Notes under the pieces: model-generated
Seen by the model: only the letters and a program-made list of their open reading frames with translations
The model's database searches: none
Told to the model about the DNA's origin: nothing
Assembly: GCA_963750295.1 (NCBI GenBank)
Contig: CAVVPY010000001.1
Span: 1,542,782 to 1,574,781, forward strand
DNA: 32,000 nucleotides
Origin: an uncultured Actinomycetota bacterium
GTDB taxonomy: Bacteria > Actinomycetota > Actinomycetes > Mycobacteriales > Jatrophihabitantaceae
Direction: 5' to 3'
Translations under genes and position numbers: made by a program
Shown: positions 26,995 through 32,000 of the stretch, one piece after another
Position numbering within the stretch: the stretch's first letter is position 1
Layout: each line of letters opens with the position of its first letter

Positions 26995-27864
26995 TCAATG
27001 GCGTCCGGCCAGCCAGTGGCCGAGCTGCATCACCTGCGAGACGTCGGAGGAGCACGGGGTGAGCACCAGCTCGTCGCAGCCGGCGGTCTCGAACTCGTCG
27101 GCGACGCGCGACAGGCCGTCCTGGCCGATGGCGGCGTTGGCGAGGACCGCCTGCGCGTACGGCGGCGCGAAGCCGTAATAGTCGCGCAGATACGCGCCGG
27201 CCGTCTCCGCCGCAGCGTCCCCGAGCGCGAAGTAGGCCAGGGCGATCAGGCGCGGCCGGTCGGTGCGACCGGCCGCCTGCCAGGCCTCCCGAACGGCGAC
27301 CGCGCCACCGCGAAACATGCCGGGCCCGCCGCTTCCGGAGATCCAGCCGTCACCGAACCTGGCGGCACGGGCGATCGCCCGCGCAGCCTGGCCGCCGACG
27401 ACGAGCTGCGGCCCGCCCGCACGCCCCGGCTCAGGGCCGACACCGCCGGCGAAGCCGCGACGCTCACCGCCCCAGAGGCGGGGCAGCTCCTCGAGCTGCG
27501 CGTCGAGCAGGTCACCCCGGCGCGCGTGGGGCACGCCGCTTGCCCGGAAGTCGTCCGGTCGCGCACCGGCCGCGACGCCGAGCGTCAGCCTGCCACCGCA
27601 CAGCCGGTCGACGGTGGCAGCCTGCTTGGCGAGCAGCGCGGTGTTCGAGCGCAGCGGCGCGATCATCACCGACGTCATCAGTGGCTTGTCCGACACCGCG
27701 GCCGCGGCCGCGAGCGTCGTCAGGCAGTCGTAATTCTCGTAGACCAGGCGGTCGGTCGTCGCGAGGCACGAGAAGTCGGCTTGCGAGCCGATGACCGCCC
27801 ATCGCACCAGGTCGGCGGCCTCGGTCTTCGGTACTGCGTTGGGCAGTCCCAGTCCGATCTTCAT
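26995..27864 (-). CDS. Luciferase-like monooxygenase (LLM) class flavin/F420-dependent oxidoreductase
   Basis: MKIGLGLPN...ATTDRLVYENYDCLTTLAAAAAVSDKPLMTSVMIAPLRSNTALLAKQAATVDRLCGGRLTLGVAAGARPDDF is the typical LLM TIM-barrel pattern. 289 aa. Confidence 0.7.
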   Translation of the reverse strand: MKIGLGLPNAVPKTEAADLVRWAVIGSQADFSCLATTDRLVYENYDCLTTLAAAAAVSDKPLMTSVMIAPLRSNTALLAKQAATVDRLCGGRLTLGVAAGARPDDFRASGVPHARRGDLLDAQLEELPRLWGGERRGFAGGVGPEPGRAGGPQLVVGGQAARAIARAARFGDGWISGSGGPGMFRGGAVAVREAWQAAGRTDRPRLIALAYFALGDAAAETAGAYLRDYYGFAPPYAQAVLANAAIGQDGLSRVADEFETAGCDELVLTPCSSDVSQVMQLGHWLAGRH

Positions 27865-27906
27865 GAGGGCTCCTCGGGTCGGTCGGGCGGCGGCGTGGCA
27901 GGGCGT

Positions 27907-28293
27907 TCAGCCGCCGACCGGCTCCAACGGCGCGTCGTGCCGGCGTGACAGCACGCACTCGAGCGCGGCATCGCGGAAGAACGCGCGGGCGCCTTCGGGG
28001 CTGCGCATGTCCCGCGGCTGCGACAGGTGCTCCTCGAGCTCGTCCTCGAAGGCGCGCACCTCGGCCTGGCGGCCCATGTGCGACGCGACGAGCGGGAGCG
28101 GCCCGTCGACCTCGATGACCCGAACCGCCATCTGCTTGCCGACGAAGGCCATCGTGCCGAGCAGCCTGCCGACGACGTTGCCGTCGGCATCCGCGACATC
28201 GAACGACGGACGGCCGCTACGCCGGAAGAGGTCCTTGACGGCCTCCTCGCTACCGGGCTTGAGCGGGTAGAAAAGTGCGTGCCACGTGGACAT
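27907..28293 (-). CDS. Small SchA/CurD-like domain protein (spore-pigment-cluster-associated family); assignment tentative
   Basis: The ATG at 28293 has a GGAGG RBS. The 128-aa sequence is MSTWHALFYPLKPGSEEAVKDLF...AVRVIEVDGPLPLVASHMGRQAEVRAFEDELEEHLSQPRDMRSPEGARAFFRDAAL. This matches my recollection of the SchA/CurD (PF04486) pattern. The extension to 28713 was rejected. Confidence 0.5.
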   Translation of the reverse strand: MSTWHALFYPLKPGSEEAVKDLFRRSGRPSFDVADADGNVVGRLLGTMAFVGKQMAVRVIEVDGPLPLVASHMGRQAEVRAFEDELEEHLSQPRDMRSPEGARAFFRDAALECVLSRRHDAPLEPVGG

Positions 28294-28334
28294 CGTTAAA
28301 CCTCCGTTGTCGGGACTGACGCCGTGTTCAGACG

Positions 28335-29138
28335 TCATTGACTGGCGGTGACCCCGCCGTCGATGTAGACGATCTGGCCGTTGACGAACGCGCCTGCGGG
28401 CGAAAGCAGGTAGCGCACGGCGCCGGCGATGTCGTCGGGTTCGGCGAAGCGGCGCAGCGGGATGCGCTGCTTCATCCGCGCGACGAGAGTCTCGTCGGCG
28501 TTCGCGCCGGGCACGAATCCGGTGGGGACGAAGCCCGGCGCGACGGCGTTGACCGTGATGCCGTACGGACCCCACTCGGTCGCGAGCTGGCGCACGAGCA
28601 GGTCGAGGCCGGCCTTGGCCGCGCCGTAGGCACTGAACCCGCCGGGTGCGCCGACCGAGCCGCGCACGGACGACAGATGCACGATGCGGCCGGTTGTGCC
28701 GGCGTCGATCCACCGGCGCGCGACGGCCTGCGAGAGGAGGAACGGGCCGACGAGATTGGCCTCGACGACGTCGCGGAACGCCTCCTCGGGGAATTGCTCG
28801 GCCGGGTGGATCCGCAGCGTGCTAGCGCAGTTGACGACGAGATCTACCGGCCCCAGCGCGCTCTCGACGGCCTCCAGGGACGTCTCGACGCTGACGCGAT
28901 CGCACACGTCCTGCCCGACACCGACGGCCCGCGCGCCGCCGCCGGCATTCTCGAGTTCGGCGGCCAGGGCGCGAGCCCGGTCGCCGTCCCGCCCGGCCAC
29001 GGCGACAGCGGCACCGTGCGCGGCGAGGTCTGCGCTGACGGCGGACCCGATGCCGCCGTAGCCGCCGACGACCAGCGCGACCGCGTCGCGTAGCAGGGCG
29101 GGGTCCGCCGCTACCGCGCGCTCCGTGCTCGCGGTCAC
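28335..29138 (-). CDS. Short-chain dehydrogenase/reductase (SDR; candidate polyketide ketoreductase)
   Basis: The cofactor motif is ALVVGGYGGIGSAV, the catalytic motif is SAYGAAKAGL (YxxxK), and the C-terminus is NGQIVYIDGG. The GTG start at 29138 overlaps the amidohydrolase stop (GTGA). The extension to 29615 was rejected. Confidence 0.8.
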   Translation of the reverse strand: MTASTERAVAADPALLRDAVALVVGGYGGIGSAVSADLAAHGAAVAVAGRDGDRARALAAELENAGGGARAVGVGQDVCDRVSVETSLEAVESALGPVDLVVNCASTLRIHPAEQFPEEAFRDVVEANLVGPFLLSQAVARRWIDAGTTGRIVHLSSVRGSVGAPGGFSAYGAAKAGLDLLVRQLATEWGPYGITVNAVAPGFVPTGFVPGANADETLVARMKQRIPLRRFAEPDDIAGAVRYLLSPAGAFVNGQIVYIDGGVTASQ

Positions 29139-30136
29139 CGGGCCACCGCGGGCTCGAGCGCGAACAGGCGCGCGGCGTTCGCGCCCATGATCGCCGTGCG
29201 GTCGTCGCCGTCGAGGTCGAGGGCGTCGATCATGCCGATCGCGTCGGCCAGGTCCGTGGCCAGCGGTGGACTGTCGGTGCCGAAGAGGACGTGCTCGGCG
29301 CCGAACAGCCGCACCGCTGCCGCGAGCGCGATCGCGCTCGGGGTCGCCGTGTCGACGTGGATCCTTCGGACCGTCTCGGCCATCGGGGACCGGTGCGCGC
29401 CGACCGGCTTCGCGCCCGGAGGTCCACCCGTGCCGGGCGGCGGTCCACCTGCCCCCGGAGGCGGTCCGCCGGCGGAGCGGCGATCGGCGAGTGCCAGCTT
29501 CTCCGCCAGCAGCGGCAGGGCCCCGCCGACGTTCGGCGCGATGAGGGTGAGCTCCGGGAACCGATCGAACCAGCCGCCGGCCAGCACCGCGGCGACACCG
29601 GCGGTGGTGTCGCACGGCCGGAGCACGTGCTCCACGAGGCCGGCCTCACCGGCCAGCGCGGACGCGCCGACCGGTTCGGCGGGCGGGTGCAGCAGGACGG
29701 GCACCCGCCGCTCGGCCGCGAGCGCGAAGAACGATTCCGCGGCTGGATCGTTCAGGTAGCGCCCGCGGACGCTGGTGTTCGCGATCAGCCCGACGAACTC
29801 GGGCTCGTCCAGCCACCCCGCGGCGAGGTCGAGGGTTGTGTCGGTCGCGAACGGGTTTACGTAGACGTAGGCGCGCAGGTGCGCCGGGCGCATTCGCACC
29901 TGGTCGGCCACCCAGGAGTGGAAGCGTTGCAACCCGTCGACCGGCTGGTCGTAGTTGTCGAGACCGGGGACGGGAACCATCGTCCCGGCGCCGACCGGGC
30001 TGCCGACGACGGTGAGATCGATGCCGTGCGCGAGCTTGGCCTCGATCATGCCGTCGATGTCGGCGAGGCTGCGCGGCATCGGGAACCGATCGAAGAGTTC
30101 CGGTGAGGTGATATGGCCGTGGACGTCGACGTTCAT
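29135..30136 (-). CDS. Amidohydrolase-2 family protein (ACMSD/decarboxylase-like TIM barrel) with an internal Gly/Pro repeat insert
   Basis: MNVDVHGHI (HxH metal site)...PVLLHPP...LFGTDSPPL (conserved C-terminal Asp). 333 aa. Confidence 0.75.
   Translation of the reverse strand: MNVDVHGHITSPELFDRFPMPRSLADIDGMIEAKLAHGIDLTVVGSPVGAGTMVPVPGLDNYDQPVDGLQRFHSWVADQVRMRPAHLRAYVYVNPFATDTTLDLAAGWLDEPEFVGLIANTSVRGRYLNDPAAESFFALAAERRVPVLLHPPAEPVGASALAGEAGLVEHVLRPCDTTAGVAAVLAGGWFDRFPELTLIAPNVGGALPLLAEKLALADRRSAGGPPPGAGGPPPGTGGPPGAKPVGAHRSPMAETVRRIHVDTATPSAIALAAAVRLFGAEHVLFGTDSPPLATDLADAIGMIDALDLDGDDRTAIMGANAARLFALEPAVAR
29411..29470 (-). repeat. In-frame tandem repeat encoding GGPPPGA-GGPPPGT-GGPPGA inside the amidohydrolase gene
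   Basis: The minus strand reads GGC GGA CCG CCT CCG GGG GCA / GGT GGA CCG CCG CCC GGC ACG / GGT GGA CCT CCG GGC GCG. These are three imperfect 18-21-nt units. Confidence 0.85.
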
Positions 30137-30190
30137 GGACGGGATCCCTCGGGTCGGGGCTAACGGGACGGTGACAACGCGGCGCGCGGG

Positions 30191-30679
30191 TCAGGCGCGC
30201 GGTGGGCCCAGTACTTGGCCGCCGTAGCGGGCGACGGCGGCGATGACCTCGCCGAAGTCGGGGAACCGCGAGACGTCGAAGGTGGGCACCTCGAGGCTCG
30301 TGGCGGGCTCGCCCGTCTCGAAGAACCATCCGTCGAATCCGCCAGGAGTGCCGAGCACCAGCCAGCGCGCCTGCTCGGACTCGACCTTGTACGAGTGCGG
30401 AACGTCGCGTGGCGCGAACACCGTCTGCCCCGGCTCGGGATCGTAGGTCCGATCGCCGATCTCGAGACTGAGACGCCCCTCGAGGACGTGGAAGGTCTCG
30501 TCCTCGCGGGAGTGCACGTGGACGGGCGAGGCGTAGTTCGAGCGCGAGGTCTGCTCGGCCAGCCAGAATGCGTTGCCCGACTGCTCGCTCGTCACGTGGA
30601 ACACCATCAGTGCACCCATGTGCCAGATGGCCTTGCCGGTGGTCGGGCTGGTCAGAAGCGGTGCGGCGACGCTGGTCAT
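30191..30679 (-). CDS. Cupin domain protein
   Basis: 162-aa protein with a cupin core (SPVHVHSREDETFHVLEGRLSLEIGDRTYDPEPGQTVFAPRDVPHSY). Confidence 0.7.
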   Translation of the reverse strand: MTSVAAPLLTSPTTGKAIWHMGALMVFHVTSEQSGNAFWLAEQTSRSNYASPVHVHSREDETFHVLEGRLSLEIGDRTYDPEPGQTVFAPRDVPHSYKVESEQARWLVLGTPGGFDGWFFETGEPATSLEVPTFDVSRFPDFGEVIAAVARYGGQVLGPPRA

Positions 30680-30734
30680 GTGGGCTCCTCAGGGCCGACG
30701 GGCGGATGTTGGCGGGACGGGGATCGGGTGGGCC

Positions 30735-31763
30735 TCACGCGGACGGGACGAGCACGAGCTTCCCGGTGACGTGCTGGTGTTCCAGTCGCTGCTGCGCCTC
30801 TGCGGCTCCGGCCAGCGGGACGGTGCCCGCGAGCACCGGTTCGATGGCCCCCCGCGACAGCAGGTCGAATACCGTGCCGAGATCTTCGCGGTACGCCGTG
30901 GGCTGCTTCTTCTCGAGCGCCCACGCGTTGTAGAAGGTCGTCCGCTTGCCGTCCGGGATCAGCTTCGGGGCCGCGATGCCGAGCAGGAATCCCTTCGCAC
31001 CCACCGAGCGGAGCACCTGCCCGTCCACGACGGCGGCGCTCTGGCCGTAGGCGACCATGATCCCTCCGCGTTCGAGCGCGGCGTAGGAACGGCGGAAGTG
31101 CGCGCCGCCGATCGGGTCGAACACGGCGTCGACCTGCCCATCGACGCTGCGGACGACCTCGACGGCGTCCTGCGTGTGGTAGTCGATCGGGTGCACACCA
31201 AGATCGGTGAGCAGGCCGAACTTGCCCGGCGACGCGGATCCCCAAACCTCGACTCCAGCCCGGCGCGCGAGCTGGCAGAAGGCCAGCCCGACACCGCCGG
31301 ACGCGCCGTGGACGAGGATGCGCGAGCCGGGGCCGACCTGCGCGACCCGGAAGAGCATCTGCTGGGCGATGTAGTAGTTCAGCGCCACCGCACTGGCTGC
31401 CACGGGCTCGACGCCGGCCGGCAGCGGGACCAGGCGGTCGGCGGCGACGAGCGCGTACGAGGCGTAGCCGCCCTGCCTGACGAGCGCTGCGACCGCGGTC
31501 CCCGGCTCGAGGCCGGTCACCCCTTGGCCGACGGCGACGACGGTGCCTGCGACATCGAAGCCCGGGGTGAACGGCGGTTTGGGTGCGCCCGGAATCACTC
31601 CGCGCGCCAGCAGGATGTCGCCGAAGGAGACTCCGGCGGCCTGGACCCGGACGAGGGCCTGCCCCGGACCGGGCGTAGGAGCCGCTTCACGCACGACCGT
31701 GAGGGTCTCCGGGCCGCCGCGTCGGGTTGAGACAACGGCTTCGAGCGTCGTGGTCTGGGTCAT
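30735..31763 (-). CDS. Medium-chain dehydrogenase/reductase (quinone oxidoreductase / zeta-crystallin-like, NADPH-dependent)
   Basis: The ATG at 31763 has a GAGGA RBS. The sequence includes LEAVVSTRRGGPETLTVVREAAPTPGPGQALVRVQAAGVSFGD..., the cofactor motif ILVHGASGGVGLAFCQLA, and a C-terminal ...HVTGKLVLV. The extension to 31952 was rejected. Confidence 0.8.
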   Translation of the reverse strand: MTQTTTLEAVVSTRRGGPETLTVVREAAPTPGPGQALVRVQAAGVSFGDILLARGVIPGAPKPPFTPGFDVAGTVVAVGQGVTGLEPGTAVAALVRQGGYASYALVAADRLVPLPAGVEPVAASAVALNYYIAQQMLFRVAQVGPGSRILVHGASGGVGLAFCQLARRAGVEVWGSASPGKFGLLTDLGVHPIDYHTQDAVEVVRSVDGQVDAVFDPIGGAHFRRSYAALERGGIMVAYGQSAAVVDGQVLRSVGAKGFLLGIAAPKLIPDGKRTTFYNAWALEKKQPTAYREDLGTVFDLLSRGAIEPVLAGTVPLAGAAEAQQRLEHQHVTGKLVLVPSA

Positions 31764-32000
31764 CGCAGTGGTCCTCACCTGTTCTGTGCGGGATGCGCTT
31801 CGTCGGCTGTTCGACATCACCCAGTCCAGCACGGACAGCGCCCGTTTCGACCCTTTCGTCGCCAAATTCCCGGCCGTCCGGGAAAGGCTCTTGATCCGGC
31901 CACGAGCGGTTCCCGGCCGGACAGGACACCCGCCCCACGACGCCGGGATCACCCGCGTCCCACGCTCGACAAGACCGAAGCGATGACCCGCGAAATTGGA

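Noticed and set aside
31867-31884. Short hairpin TTCCCGG-ccgt-CCGGGAA followed on the minus strand by TTTGG, possibly a terminator for a gene ending near 31949
   Set aside because: The stem is only 7 bp, and the putative upstream gene is almost entirely outside the window (17 visible codons). The evidence is too weak to annotate.

Overview
This is a visibly very GC-rich window with actinobacterial-style, GC3-dominated codon usage; GC content was not computed. Many long antisense shadow ORFs occur and were discounted.

Left ~8.4 kb holds ordinary or accessory genes. These are the 3' end of an ApbE flavin transferase, a UPF0104 membrane protein, an 820-aa secreted BNR/Asp-box propeller protein, a RibD_C/DHFR-family reductase and a 526-aa secreted propeller-like protein. 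Two apparently decayed regions sit among them: 4637-5261, and a 5'-truncated class III cyclase/P-loop regulator remnant at 7636-8400.

From ~8.5 kb to at least 31.8 kb the window is one aromatic (type II) polyketide gene cluster of the unreduced Tcm/WhiE type, organised in three units:

1. A 13-gene minus-strand operon (18124 down to 8475). In order it encodes a TcmI-like cyclase, a fused AccD-AccA carboxyltransferase, BCCP, biotin carboxylase, ACP, a TcmN-type ARO/CYC, a TcmJ-like cupin, KS-alpha, CLF, an ABM monooxygenase, a DUF1772 protein, an NAD(P)-binding protein and a 4-TM protein. Most junctions are ATGA/GTGA stop-start overlaps. A sensor-less HisKA_3 kinase and a NarL-type response regulator lie directly upstream.
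2. A divergent plus-strand operon (20439-25499). It encodes an orphan TPP-dependent E1 alpha/beta pair with no E2/E3, a SnoaL/NTF2-like protein, an FAD oxidoreductase, an NAD(P)-binding protein and a small ORF.
3. A second minus-strand gene string (31763 down to 25501). It encodes an MDR reductase, a cupin, an amidohydrolase-2, an SDR, a SchA/CurD-like protein, an LLM oxidoreductase, an Sfp-type PPTase and BirA.

The most notable points are:
- A complete E. coli-type multi-subunit acetyl-CoA carboxylase is spliced into the minimal-PKS operon.
- The CLF has Ala where the conserved decarboxylase Gln normally sits.
- BirA and a PPTase are cluster-linked.
- The E1 alpha/beta pair is orphan.
- A perfect 15-bp hairpin lies in a ~640-bp gene-free divergent region.

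No rRNA, tRNA, CRISPR array or recognisable IS/transposase was seen.
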